Positions 1 to 9,884 of a stretch of DNA of 64,000 bases are shown here, one piece after another (the first letter of the stretch is position 1; each line of letters begins with the position of its first letter). The notes below the pieces were generated by a model. That model had not been told where the DNA came from. It did not search any database and saw nothing but the letters and a program-made list of their open reading frames with translations. Source of the DNA: Candidatus Borrarchaeum weybense (GTDB lineage: Archaea > Asgardarchaeota > Sifarchaeia > Borrarchaeales > Borrarchaeaceae); assembly GCA_019057385.1 (NCBI GenBank), contig JAHQJS010000006.1, positions 837,038 to 901,037 of the forward strand, given 5' to 3'. A program made the translations under genes and the position numbers.

Positions 1-553
1 CAGGAAGAAATATCCGTGTAACAATTACGATTCCAACAGCATCGTTAAAAGCCGATTCTCCACCTAAAGTAGTCTCTAAATTCTTTTTGATCTTTGTTCC
101 TCCGCCCTCGAACAAAGCAAACGTAGCTGCAGGATCAGTCGGTGAAAAAATACTTCCAAAAAGAAGAGCTAGAATTAAAGTTAACTCAAATGCGAACTGT
201 CCCAGTGCACCAATGAGAAATGTGGTTAACAACGTTCCAAGTGATGCTAACAAAATTACAGGCTTAATTGATTTCTTGAGTTCGTCAATATTAAGATGTA
301 AGCCTTCTCTGAATAAAACGGCAGCAAGTGCTAGCGTTGCTACTATTTCTAAGGGAATGCCCATTTCTTCTAAATTGAACAGTGGAGTAGCGAATAACGA
401 ATTTATGACACCAAGGGCTATCCCAGTAAGTATTAAAGGGAGTGTGCGTGGGAATTTTCTGTGTTCCGCGGCGCGAGCTACGAAAATTCCGATTACCACA
501 ACAATTGCGATAAAGAATAGTATTGGATCTATTTCGATTTGCACCGCTGACAC
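1..553 (-). CDS. NhaP/CPA1-family Na+(K+)/H+ antiporter, N-terminal part (runs off window start)
   Basis: Hand translation of the minus strand gives hydrophobic helices with SPTDPAA and GESAFNDAVGI, the CPA1 TDP and ES..ND motifs; not in the ORF track because it is truncated. Confidence 0.88.
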   Translation of the reverse strand, partial: MSAVQIEIDPILFFIAIVVVIGIFVARAAEHRKFPRTLPLILTGIALGVINSLFATPLFNLEEMGIPLEIVATLALAAVLFREGLHLNIDELKKSIKPVILLASLGTLLTTFLIGALGQFAFELTLILALLFGSIFSPTDPAATFALFEGGGTKIKKNLETTLGGESAFNDAVGIVIVTRIFLP

Positions 554-742
554 CCTCAAAACATGAACTGTTTATGCCTTTTATAGTTTTACTATAGATG
601 CAATAACTTAAGAAAATCTCTTTTGTGATTCATAGCGCTACATGCATTAAACAATGGGGATAGAATCAAACAAAAATCGTTTGAAGTTCACTTCAAAGTA
701 CTGTAATTAAAAAAATCTTATTTAAATGTATTAGAAACGCAT

Positions 743-1492
743 TCAACCTGATAGAATTACAATTCCTTTATCTGATATTTCAAAGAAGAAGTTCTTTAGT
801 GAATGCTGAGTAGACCGCATTTTGCGAATCTGCAGATTTCTCTTTAGATTACCTGCGTCATCATTTCTTAAGAATAACTGAATCACGCCTTGGGCGAGAA
901 ATTCTTCAATCCCGAAACGGGAAATGGATGAGTTTTCTGGTGATTCAACTGTCATAAGAGATGTAACTTCTAACTCATTTAAAAAGGATGTCAACTGAAA
1001 TATTATTGATCTTATCTTTCCCAGCGAATCATAACGAAAACCAAGTGCAGATAATGAATCGACTACCGCACGTTTCGCATTGATTTCTTTATGCGTGTCG
1101 TATATTTTTTTTATAATCAGTGGCAAATCTAACTCACGCAAAGTATAGCGTTCATCTGAAGGTAACCCCGCTCTTGGTGTTGCTATATCGATGATCGCTA
1201 GTAAAGGTGGGTTTGCCTCTTCTAATTCTTTCAAATCCCATCCAAACATAGCTGCTTCTCTTCGTAATTCAGCCGGGCTTTCATCGATCGTTATCAACAA
1301 GCCTGGTTCATTATATGTTTTAGCTCCATTCCATAAGAACTGCAAACTTAAGATCGTTTTACCCGTTCCGACGCCCCCAGTAATAACTGTTGAAGAATTC
1401 TTAATGAATCCACCATGGAGAAGATCGTCTAGTTCTGGAATCCCTATTTTCACTCGTTCAATCGAATTCATAGAAATATTCCCCGAATTCAT
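743..1492 (-). CDS. KaiC/RAD55-like RecA-superfamily ATPase (single domain)
   Basis: GIPELDDLLHGG, Walker A GGVGTGKT, VVDSLS Walker B, IRKMRSTQH. Confidence 0.9.
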   Translation of the reverse strand: MNSGNISMNSIERVKIGIPELDDLLHGGFIKNSSTVITGGVGTGKTILSLQFLWNGAKTYNEPGLLITIDESPAELRREAAMFGWDLKELEEANPPLLAIIDIATPRAGLPSDERYTLRELDLPLIIKKIYDTHKEINAKRAVVDSLSALGFRYDSLGKIRSIIFQLTSFLNELEVTSLMTVESPENSSISRFGIEEFLAQGVIQLFLRNDDAGNLKRNLQIRKMRSTQHSLKNFFFEISDKGIVILSG

Positions 1493-1723
1493 TTTGAATA
1501 GTTCGCTATTGTTACTATGGTTTTTGCAATATTTATACTTTAAATTGCAGTTTTTACCTAATGCCTCGGAGCGTAATACGACTACGAAATTTTCTACTAT
1601 TGAATTTTTCGCGAAGCTTTTTCATATTTGTTATGGTAAATTTGTTCTCAAAAATACATGTTATATGAAAAAAATACAGTGAAACAATTGTTTTGCTTCA
1701 CCTTATAATTGATTGAGAATTTA

Positions 1724-2038
1724 GTGAGCTACCTCGTGCGAAAGCCACAAGGCTTCCTGCTTCTACGACAGACTCGATCCCCTGGCGGGTTACGGAGGTC
1801 ATATCTCCACAGGCTTAACATCCCTACGCTCCGTAGGTACGGCGAACGATGGTGATGCAATCGGAGTATGCACCTTATCTGCAAGTGTGCGTATGATCCC
1901 TCCAATTGTTATTGATACCTCCCACATATCACCTATATAACGGTAGGGAGACCCCTCGATGTACGTGATGAACGTGAACACCCACTACCGCCATTCATCA
2001 CCACGCTGAAGCTGTGGTGCTTTCTTGCTTAATTAATC
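1724..2038 (-). mobile_element. Non-autonomous IS200/IS605 mini-element (family A): left end, TATA box, TnpB omegaRNA scaffold, right end
   Basis: Minus strand reads TTTAC|GATTAATTAAGCAAGAAAGCACCACAGCTTCAGCGTGGTG ... GAAGCAGGAAGCCTTGTGGCTTTCGCACGAGGTAGCTCAC, with ends near-identical to the tnpB element at 32079-33788. The internal ORF remnant GGIIRTLADKVHTP...VPTERRDVKPVE matches two separate pieces of the TnpB C-terminus. Confidence 0.9.
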
Positions 2039-2352
2039 GTAAAAATTTATTAAAAGAAAAAAGCCAGAATGCTTTCCTGTCACCCACGCCTTTAAAACCC
2101 CTTGAATTATCATTTTTGTGGTCATTTAATTCTTGTACAATTTTTAACGTTTTTTAAGGGAAATGACCTCAAATTGTCTTTTTGAGAAAATACTCACAAT
2201 GAATTTTAGGAAATTCATAGTTTTAGGTAAATAATATCGATACCAAAAAACTAAAAACTAAAAGCACTTATTTTAGCACCTGCTCACGTTAATTATACAT
2301 CCAAATTGCTAGATATACTCAAATGATTTACAAATTAGGTGATGTGGCGATT

Positions 2353-3573
2353 ATGAACAAGGCAGTTGTTATCGAGCAACTGAAAAATATTCCGCTTCCT
2401 CAGCAAAGAGTTGAAATTGTAGAACGAAAGGGGCTTGGACATCCTGATAACATGTGTGATGCAATTATGGATCAAATTTCTGTGAAGCTTAGTCAAGAAT
2501 ATCTGAAAAAATTTGGTGTAATTCTCCACCACAACATCGATAAAGCATTATTAGCTGCTGGAGAAGTAAAGCACGAATTTGGAGGCGGTCATGTTATTAA
2601 GCCTATGCGGTTAATAATTGGTGACCGAGCTACAAGTAGGTATGGTGATGAAGTAATACCTGTTGATGAAATTGCCATACAAACAGCAAAAGACTGGTTA
2701 AAGGCGAAAATCAGAGGTATTGACCCAACTAAACATGTGGAGTATCAGATAGAACTGAAAGAGGGCTCAGAAGAACTTAAGGACATTTTTCATAAGAATG
2801 AAGGGATTCTTGTCGCAAATGACACATCAGCGGCTGTTGGATATGCACCATTAACCTATACTGAAAAGACTGTATTATCCTTAGAACGATATCTTAATTC
2901 ACGTCAATTTAAAAACCAATTTCCAGAAACTGGGGAAGACGTGAAGGTTATGGGTCATAGAAATGGTCAATCGCTCAATATGATTGTAGCTATGCCCATG
3001 TTGGACTCTTATATGGACTCAGAAGCAACATATTTTCGAAAGAAGAATGAAGTATTAGAGACAATACAAACTTTCGTAGCAAACGAACTTGTAGATGACT
3101 CGCCTACCTTGGATCTATCTTTTAATACACTAGATAGAGAAGGAAAAGGTATTTCTGGATTATATCTGAGCACGCTAGGCACAAGTGCAGAAAGCGCGGA
3201 CAGCGGCCAAGTAGGGCGAGGAAATAGAGCAAATGGATTAATAACTTTAAACAGACCAGTTAGTAGTGAAGCAGCAGCAGGGAAAAACCCTGTGAGTCAC
3301 GTCGGAAAGATTTATAGTTTGTTAAGCCATAAAATTGCAAACGAAATCTATACAACATTTAAAGATGATATAGAAGAAGCATATATATGGTTGTTAAGCA
3401 AAATTGGGCAACCAATTGATAAACCAGAACTAGCAGCGGCAGAAATAATTATGAAAGAAGGAAAGGAACTCTCTTCTATTTCAGAACAGGTCAATGAACT
3501 AATAGAATCCTCTTTTCAAAATATAGATGAATTGTGTAATGACCTAGCTCTAGGTAGATATCCTGTTGCATAA
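2353..3573 (+). CDS. mat: Archaeal S-adenosylmethionine synthetase
   Basis: ERKGLGHPD, ANDTS, GEDVKVMG, GRGNRANGLIT and GKNPVSHVGKIY motifs; start placed after an AGGTGA RBS. Confidence 0.95.
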   Translation: MNKAVVIEQLKNIPLPQQRVEIVERKGLGHPDNMCDAIMDQISVKLSQEYLKKFGVILHHNIDKALLAAGEVKHEFGGGHVIKPMRLIIGDRATSRYGDEVIPVDEIAIQTAKDWLKAKIRGIDPTKHVEYQIELKEGSEELKDIFHKNEGILVANDTSAAVGYAPLTYTEKTVLSLERYLNSRQFKNQFPETGEDVKVMGHRNGQSLNMIVAMPMLDSYMDSEATYFRKKNEVLETIQTFVANELVDDSPTLDLSFNTLDREGKGISGLYLSTLGTSAESADSGQVGRGNRANGLITLNRPVSSEAAAGKNPVSHVGKIYSLLSHKIANEIYTTFKDDIEEAYIWLLSKIGQPIDKPELAAAEIIMKEGKELSSISEQVNELIESSFQNIDELCNDLALGRYPVA

Positions 3574-3600
3574 GAAAATAGCTTAGATACTATTCTAATT

Positions 3601-3667
3601 TCTGAAAGATGCATACAAAATTATATTGTCTGAAAGATGCATACAAAATTATATTGTCTGAAAGATG
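3601..3667. repeat. 28-bp tandem direct repeat, about 2.4 copies
   Basis: TCTGAAAGATGCATACAAAATTATATTG at 3601-3628 and 3629-3656, partial copy at 3657-3667. Confidence 0.9.
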
Positions 3668-4431
3668 TGCCCAACAAACAAAAATCAATGGAAAAAAGAT
3701 ATCTAGACGTTTCGACTTCCTTTTCACCAGATCCCATGCTTACGCCATCTGGCTGGAATATAGTCCTCGATATCAACCTTTTCGGATATTTGAGGAGTGC
3801 AAGATTCTTTTGATATTCGACTCTCATAAATTTCAATAGTTCCCATTTTTCATCAACTATAGATAGTATCTTTACAAACGTAAAGTTTTTTCTATCAAAA
3901 GATAGATTGGTTTGTAGTAACAAATATAATATCTTATTTAAAAAGTTTTTGATAAAGCACAAAAAGCTCTAAATTAGTAGGCCTTATTTAAATAGGATTA
4001 GACACTTTCATAGCAATTTACAAAAGTAAAAACATTGACAAATGTAAAGCCGTCACTCTAATTGAGTAATTTACAACATCTAGGACTCTTGCGTTCAATT
4101 TAGGATCGAATTATTAGCGCGTGAAGGAAAGTTGACATCCATTTTTTTATTTCCAGGTTTCAAATATGTATCTTAAAATGTTTTTTCGTTTTTCATTTCA
4201 AAGAGGAACATTCATGAGGCAATTATTTGAATCAAAGTAAATTTTTTGCTTATATAGATGAACATCTTTTGGAGATAGATCTTATAGAATCTGCTTTGAT
4301 TAAACAGATTTAATTGATGCTTTAATTGTGTTAAATCAAAATCCCATTCTCACATTTACAAATGTAAATGACTATTCAAAATCAAATTAGTTAGCTTTTG
4401 TAAATCTTTGTATTTTTGAGAAAGGTCCAAA

Positions 4432-6081
4432 CTATAAATATTGAGGACTCCTAAAAGAAAGATATTGACTCATTTTCTCTTCCCAGATTTTAGGCACACA
4501 TTCTAGCAGTTTTTTTCGTTTTACATTTTTGAAGGGAAATCCCAATAGACACGCAATTGCATCAAGATACATTTTCTGGTTATTGAGATATCCACACTTC
4601 TTCGCAAGAGACTTATCAAATCCATTCATTCTTGCTATTTTGCCCAAAGCAGTAGCAGTACCCGATCCGAATTGCATAGCAATTTTCTTACGCTTAATAA
4701 CTTTTTTTGGGAGATTAAGTTTTTCAGCAACTCGCCGTAGTATCCATTTTCTTATGAAAGTGTTTCTACTTGTGTCATACACTTTGAAGGATGCTGGAAT
4801 TCTCATCGAATACTCTACTATCCTTTGATCTAGAAAAGGCAATCTGGATAAAGTTCTATGTGATTTGCTTAAAGTGTCATCACGTTCAAGAGTAATAGGA
4901 GGAAACGTCTTAAATTCTTCCCATAACTGCTCGTATAATGCTTCATGGCCCTCCGATTTAACTGTGTCTACATGCCGAGAATAACCGCCAAAAAGTTCAT
5001 CTAGTCCTTGCCCTGAAAAAAAAAGTTGAATCCCATCCTTTTTTGCAAGTAAGGTTGAGAAATGGACGGGGATTGCGATGTTTATCTGCATGATTTCTGG
5101 TTGTTCGATGTAAAAAAGAATTCTCGGGATTTCTACTTCGACATCTTCAAGAATTAACTCATTTATTTTAAGAGTAGCATCATATGTGCTAAAAGATTCC
5201 ATAGCGTGCTCCAGATCGGAAGAATTTTGAAAACCTGATGAGTAGAGATTAAAGTCCACGTCATAGTCCGAAACATACCTTGCCAGAATGGAACTGTCGA
5301 GTCCACCTGAAAATAGTACACCAAATTTCTCATTATAATCTGGCAATCTTCGCTCAATCGCAAACCGAAAGTATCCCTCAAGCGCTTGGATCATTTTATT
5401 GAGAGGTAAATCAAACATCTGACGTTTTTGCAAGCCTTCTCCTGCAAAATCTGCTACATCTCCCGATCCTGAAACGATATAGATTCTATCTTGGTGGACA
5501 CTTTGAATATCTTCGTAGAAGATGTTTTCAGATTTTTGAAAAAGGAGTGGTTTTCTTTGCGAAGAAAAAAGGATGCAGTCAGGAGTTTTCACAAAGTATA
5601 GTGGCTTAACTCCGATTGGATCTCTTGTAATGATCAATTTGTTATGCTTATGCAACATGATTATGAATACATATGCTCCTTCAAGCAGTAAAAGCATCTT
5701 TCTAACTGCTGAAGTTAAATCAAATGAAGAAAGCAGTTTCGTAAAAAGGTGGGCTACCAATTTGGCATCAGGATCTGTTTCTATAGAATATTCAGCGAGA
5801 TATTCCTCAAAAAATTCTCGATTATAAATTTCACCATCAAGAACAACAGCTAATTCATTCTTCTCATCTATGAAAGGTTGACTTATTCTGTTTTCAGTAT
5901 TTTGCCCAAGGTTAACTGCTCCAATACCATAGTTATGATCAACAACCGTAAACTTTTTAGGATCACTCAATTTCTGTTTATTCTGTATATCTGAAAGAAT
6001 TATCATATCTGAAAGTACTTGAGAAACCTTCTCAGACTTTTTACAATACGCTGCGATCAAACTGTGCACATTCATACACAT
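4432..6081 (-). CDS. Asparagine synthetase B-like protein with divergent glutaminase (Ntn) domain
   Basis: RDPIGVKPLYF, LFSGGLDSS, SGQGLDELFGGY and RLPFLD motifs; the N-terminus lacks the canonical CGI context. Confidence 0.85.
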   Translation of the reverse strand: MCMNVHSLIAAYCKKSEKVSQVLSDMIILSDIQNKQKLSDPKKFTVVDHNYGIGAVNLGQNTENRISQPFIDEKNELAVVLDGEIYNREFFEEYLAEYSIETDPDAKLVAHLFTKLLSSFDLTSAVRKMLLLLEGAYVFIIMLHKHNKLIITRDPIGVKPLYFVKTPDCILFSSQRKPLLFQKSENIFYEDIQSVHQDRIYIVSGSGDVADFAGEGLQKRQMFDLPLNKMIQALEGYFRFAIERRLPDYNEKFGVLFSGGLDSSILARYVSDYDVDFNLYSSGFQNSSDLEHAMESFSTYDATLKINELILEDVEVEIPRILFYIEQPEIMQINIAIPVHFSTLLAKKDGIQLFFSGQGLDELFGGYSRHVDTVKSEGHEALYEQLWEEFKTFPPITLERDDTLSKSHRTLSRLPFLDQRIVEYSMRIPASFKVYDTSRNTFIRKWILRRVAEKLNLPKKVIKRKKIAMQFGSGTATALGKIARMNGFDKSLAKKCGYLNNQKMYLDAIACLLGFPFKNVKRKKLLECVPKIWEEKMSQYLSFRSPQYL

Positions 6082-6200
6082 TCAATTCCATCATGATTAA
6101 GTTCTAAGCAAATAACTCAGCAAATTCATAGACAGATGTATTTATTAACATGAAGTTTATTAACATCATTTTCAAAATCAAATTAAGCGTGGATGCATCA

Positions 6201-6809
6201 ATGAAACTAAAAATTTTTATCCCACCCCTTGCTGTGATTTGCCTCTTATTGGTCGCAGTACCTATCTCAGCACAAAATTACAGTGCTTCTTGGTCATTCA
6301 GTGATCCTTATACTAATACCTTTTCTTGCCAGTTAGACTATTACGACTCAATGTATTACGAAGAAACATATACGTTTGTTTTAAGAATAGAAATGACACA
6401 GCAAGCCCAAAATGACTATATACGCTTTTCGTTTTGCGATCTCCTCCTCGATAATAATGATTGGCTGTCATTCTCACTCAGTGAGACTGAATTTAACAGT
6501 GTAGGTGATACAGAAACTTTTTATCTCGGATTTACACCTCATTCGGGTACTGCCTCCAGTGGTCAACTTGCTGTAAAATTGGTTTATAGAACCTACATTG
6601 TCGGCGCGACATATGACGGCTATAGAGTAGAAGATATTGGCCAAGTTACATTTTCGGAAAAACCCGCAGAAACGACGTCGCCCGCAACGGAAGAACCAAC
6701 AACGTCTCCGCCAAGAGGAATACCCGGTTATCCTATTGAGGGAATCCTCATCGGCTTGGTCTTAGGACTTATCGCAGTATTTTTCATACGTCGAAATAAA
6801 AAAAGATAA
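6201..6809 (+). CDS. Secreted/surface protein with Thr/Pro linker and IPGY-TM-basic C-terminal sorting signal
   Basis: Signal peptide; C-terminus TTSPPRGIPGYP + hydrophobic helix + RRNKKR (PGF-CTERM/Loki-CTERM-like tripartite signal). Confidence 0.8.
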   Translation: MKLKIFIPPLAVICLLLVAVPISAQNYSASWSFSDPYTNTFSCQLDYYDSMYYEETYTFVLRIEMTQQAQNDYIRFSFCDLLLDNNDWLSFSLSETEFNSVGDTETFYLGFTPHSGTASSGQLAVKLVYRTYIVGATYDGYRVEDIGQVTFSEKPAETTSPATEEPTTSPPRGIPGYPIEGILIGLVLGLIAVFFIRRNKKR

Positions 6810-6856
6810 CTCAAATAAATCAATACGTTCCTCAATCTCTTTTTTTTTTGAAAAGC

Positions 6857-7507
6857 CTAGTCGGCTTCTTCTAAAGCAACGGCTCGTATCCACGAGGAAT
6901 CTAACCCTGCTATTCTGAGAGGAAAGCCTATGAAGAAAAACCTTTGCTTTGTTAACGCTTGAAGGTTATCTAATCCTTCGATTATTGGAATATCATTTCT
7001 AAGCAAGAAGTCATGTGTTGCCATGGAACCAGGTGCCTCAATAGAAATAGAGTCATCAATGCCCAGCATTTTTATTCTTTTTTCGTAAAAGTATTCAGCA
7101 GCATCAGGGGCTATGTAAGGGCGCTCTTCCATCTTGTAATTCTTAGAAGCAAATAGGAGAACTATATCTCCCTGATTGACTCCTTCTAAGTCATTAGGGC
7201 AAATAGACTCATTTGGTTTCTTATGAGTTAGAGCGATTACTAGGGCCTCACCGATGAAGTTTTCTAAAGGTAAAGATGCAATATCTTTTTCTCCTTTAAG
7301 ATAATGTGAGGGACCTTCGACGTGAGTGCCAATATGAGTTTCCGTCTCGACCCAGTACATATATGTATTATCCCCAGCGAAAATGAACTCTCTTAGTTCA
7401 AGACGCCGTAATTCAGTTCCATGCATGTATGTTCCATCAAAATGTTTAATTCCAGGCTGTAATTTCTTTGAAAGGTCAACCAGCCTGACGTTTACTAAGT
7501 CAATCAT
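6857..7507 (-). CDS. Cyclase / kynurenine formamidase (KynB-like) family metal hydrolase
   Basis: HIGTHVEGPSH motif, LGID, IIEGL, PLRI..LDSSWIRAVA. Confidence 0.88.
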   Translation of the reverse strand: MIDLVNVRLVDLSKKLQPGIKHFDGTYMHGTELRRLELREFIFAGDNTYMYWVETETHIGTHVEGPSHYLKGEKDIASLPLENFIGEALVIALTHKKPNESICPNDLEGVNQGDIVLLFASKNYKMEERPYIAPDAAEYFYEKRIKMLGIDDSISIEAPGSMATHDFLLRNDIPIIEGLDNLQALTKQRFFFIGFPLRIAGLDSSWIRAVALEEAD

Positions 7508-8084
7508 TTCCTACCTCCATATCTCTTGATTTCTTTGCTTTAAGATTCGAAATCCAGATGTTATTAATATGTGTATACATGGCTTTTACAAGATCTATAA
7601 TGAATTCAGAAAATTGTGGATATATTTGTTCGGTTACAATAACCAGAATGAATATACCGATAACTCCAAGAACTAGACTTAAAGGATAATGTGTAAGCGC
7701 GTAAGAAAGAAGACCGCTTTCGATTAGCCATATTTCAAATGCAATTCTAAAAACATTCGAAGCATAAACAAAACCTATTATAAGCGCCAGGGATAGGTTT
7801 TTTTTCTTCCAAGGTCCTCTAGGAACAAATAAGACAAGGCCCACAAACACAACGATTGCTTGGATACCTGTACACTCTCTAATGATCTCAAAGTCGTTAA
7901 TAAAGACTTTATTCCCGACAACTTGAGAATGATTAGGTATTAAAAACAAATGTTCCAGGAGTAAAGAGGAATGAAATGCGGTTAGAACTTTTAGGTAGAA
8001 ATAATCGGAAATATAATAAAACACAAGAATGAATAAGGATACAAAGACAAGATAAAGGACATATGTCCTGTTTTGTGTGAACAT
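7500..8084 (-). CDS. Archaeosortase/exosortase-family membrane transpeptidase
   Basis: Multi-TM protein with IIRECTG (Cys), SNVFRI (Arg) and LTHYP (His) catalytic-triad motifs. Confidence 0.85.
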   Translation of the reverse strand: MFTQNRTYVLYLVFVSLFILVFYYISDYFYLKVLTAFHSSLLLEHLFLIPNHSQVVGNKVFINDFEIIRECTGIQAIVVFVGLVLFVPRGPWKKKNLSLALIIGFVYASNVFRIAFEIWLIESGLLSYALTHYPLSLVLGVIGIFILVIVTEQIYPQFSEFIIDLVKAMYTHINNIWISNLKAKKSRDMEVGND

Positions 8085-8111
8085 GCCTGCAAACCTCTAG
8101 GGGTCTCTACT

Positions 8112-8288
8112 GTGAGATTTATTTTAGTGGTTTTAGCTATATTTGTACTTTTTCTTGGAATGCTAACATATTATTTTGGAATCCGATTGATAGGCGAAAT
8201 CATTGTACTTATTGGAACATCTCTTTTCATTATTGGGATTATTGTTGCAAAAAATTTTCAGTTACCTTTAGAGGATAATAACCAATGA
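8112..8288 (+). CDS. Small two-TM hypothetical membrane protein (uncertain)
   Basis: Short hydrophobic ORF; little room for a promoter between it and the divergent archaeosortase. Confidence 0.35.
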   Translation: MRFILVVLAIFVLFLGMLTYYFGIRLIGEIIVLIGTSLFIIGIIVAKNFQLPLEDNNQ

Positions 8289-8356
8289 TATTATATCAAA
8301 GGTAGAAGTTTAAATTAAAGAGGTAGTCGCATATATTTCTTGTAGGGGGATTATGA

Positions 8357-8920
8357 TTGGGCAAACTTATTGAGATTCGCTGGCATGGACGTGGAGGACA
8401 AGGTGCAGTCACAGCAGCACAAATTTTGGCTGAAGCTGCTTATTTAGAGGGGTATAAAGGAGTTCAGGCATTTCCTTATTTCGGTGCAGAAAGAAGAGGG
8501 GCTCCAATCATGGCATTCACAAGAATGTCTGATGAAGAAATTCGTATTAGGTCACAAATCTATAATCCAGACTTCGTTGTGGTCTTAGATTCTACATTAC
8601 TTGGTTTGATAAGACCTGATGAAGGGCTTAAGGATGGAGGAACTATAATTATCAATTCCTCTAAAGAACCTTATGAACTAAACCTTAAAGGAAATTTTCA
8701 AATATGTACAACTGATGTAACAACTGTAGCACAAGACTTAGGTTTGATAGTAGCTGGAATTCCTGTTCTTAACACACCTATACTTGGGGCATTTTCTAAA
8801 ATTACTGCTTTAGTCTCCCTCGACACTCTTACGAAAGTAATTGGGAAAAAGTGGCATGGAGAGATAGGTAAAAGAAATGCAGAAGCAGCAAGACTTACAT
8901 TCCAACAAACTACCTGCTGA
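8357..8920 (+). CDS. porC: 2-oxoacid:ferredoxin oxidoreductase gamma subunit
   Basis: EIRWHGRGGQGAVTAA and FGAERRGAP motifs. Confidence 0.93.
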   Translation: MGKLIEIRWHGRGGQGAVTAAQILAEAAYLEGYKGVQAFPYFGAERRGAPIMAFTRMSDEEIRIRSQIYNPDFVVVLDSTLLGLIRPDEGLKDGGTIIINSSKEPYELNLKGNFQICTTDVTTVAQDLGLIVAGIPVLNTPILGAFSKITALVSLDTLTKVIGKKWHGEIGKRNAEAARLTFQQTTC

Positions 8921-8935
8921 GTCGCTTATTATACT

Positions 8936-9490
8936 TTAAGGTTTTGTGAGTGACAATCTAAGTTTAGCAAAATCTTCCTTAATCTCGATTTTATAACCCA
9001 AACCTTCTAAAACCTCTTCCAATAGTATTTTTAAAAACTTTTGAGGGATTTCAGAACCTAGCAATAGGGTAAATCTGTTAATAGAGTCTTTTTTTACTTT
9101 GAAAAAATTGCAGGCTGCAAACCGTTCTAGAACTTCTTCCACTGTATTCATTTTTTGTGAAAGTTGTTCTGAATGTGCTCTAGCGATTTTCCGGTGTGTA
9201 TCCCAGAACATGTCTTGATCTGAGGATTTTTCAATAAACTTCAAGCATGAAAGCCAATGATCTACATCAAGAATGACGTGTTCGCCTGTTGGCAACATAT
9301 CAAGGTAAATGTCAGTTTTTGTATTCGAAACAGACTCAAGGATATTCTTATAATCGAAATAGAATCGTATTGCTTTTCGTATTAATTCTGATTGTGATAT
9401 TTTCAATTCTATTTTCATCTTGTCAAATAAAGACGCCATATCTTTATCTAGTGCGATAGTTATTCTTACAGGATCTTTCATTGCTTTCAC
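8936..9490 (-). CDS. CopG/ribbon-helix-helix transcriptional regulator with C-terminal ligand-binding-like domain
   Basis: N-terminal RITIALD...SQSELIRKAI RHH pattern; divergent from amtB. Confidence 0.8.
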   Translation of the reverse strand: MKAMKDPVRITIALDKDMASLFDKMKIELKISQSELIRKAIRFYFDYKNILESVSNTKTDIYLDMLPTGEHVILDVDHWLSCLKFIEKSSDQDMFWDTHRKIARAHSEQLSQKMNTVEEVLERFAACNFFKVKKDSINRFTLLLGSEIPQKFLKILLEEVLEGLGYKIEIKEDFAKLRLSLTKP

Positions 9491-9884
9491 ATTTTTAGCT
9501 GAATTGTCTTTTTAAACTGTTCAGTATATTTTGATTAAATTCGTCAAATTAACAAATTTTTATGTTTCTAGTAATATAAACATCACTTTTTTTGATTTTA
9601 ATAATTAATCTGTTCACCAACAAATGCATTGCTTATAAAGTTTTTGACAAGCAAATAAAAGAGCATTAACTACGATTCTATGTTCTGTTAAAATGAGAGG
9701 CTATGTTTCAGCACATTCTAATTTGTTTAATGCGAATTGGTAATTCCTAAATTTTCTTAAAATTTCTTAAGTTTTCATAATAATTGATATTTTATACTGA
9801 AATATGCAGAAACATTCTCAAATATATTTTTAATATACAATCTACTCGTGCATCAAAAATCAGAAAGCAAAATGAGGTGAAACT

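Noticed and set aside
87-566. Plus-strand 159-aa ORF
   Set aside because: Antisense shadow of the NhaP antiporter; the same applies to the many short ORFs overlapping transporter genes.
743-1492. Circadian clock kaiC
   Set aside because: Single domain with no kaiA/kaiB; belongs to the common archaeal KaiC-like ATPases.
1799-1981. 60-aa protein gene
   Set aside because: It is made of tnpB C-terminal fragments inside a mini-element; the conservation is better explained by RNA structure.
3601-3667. CRISPR array
   Set aside because: The repeats are head-to-tail with no spacers, and there are no cas genes.
3609-3962. Overlapping 76-aa and 113-aa ORFs as genes or a transposase remnant
   Set aside because: No recognisable motif or RBS; they run through the tandem repeat and AT-rich intergenic DNA.
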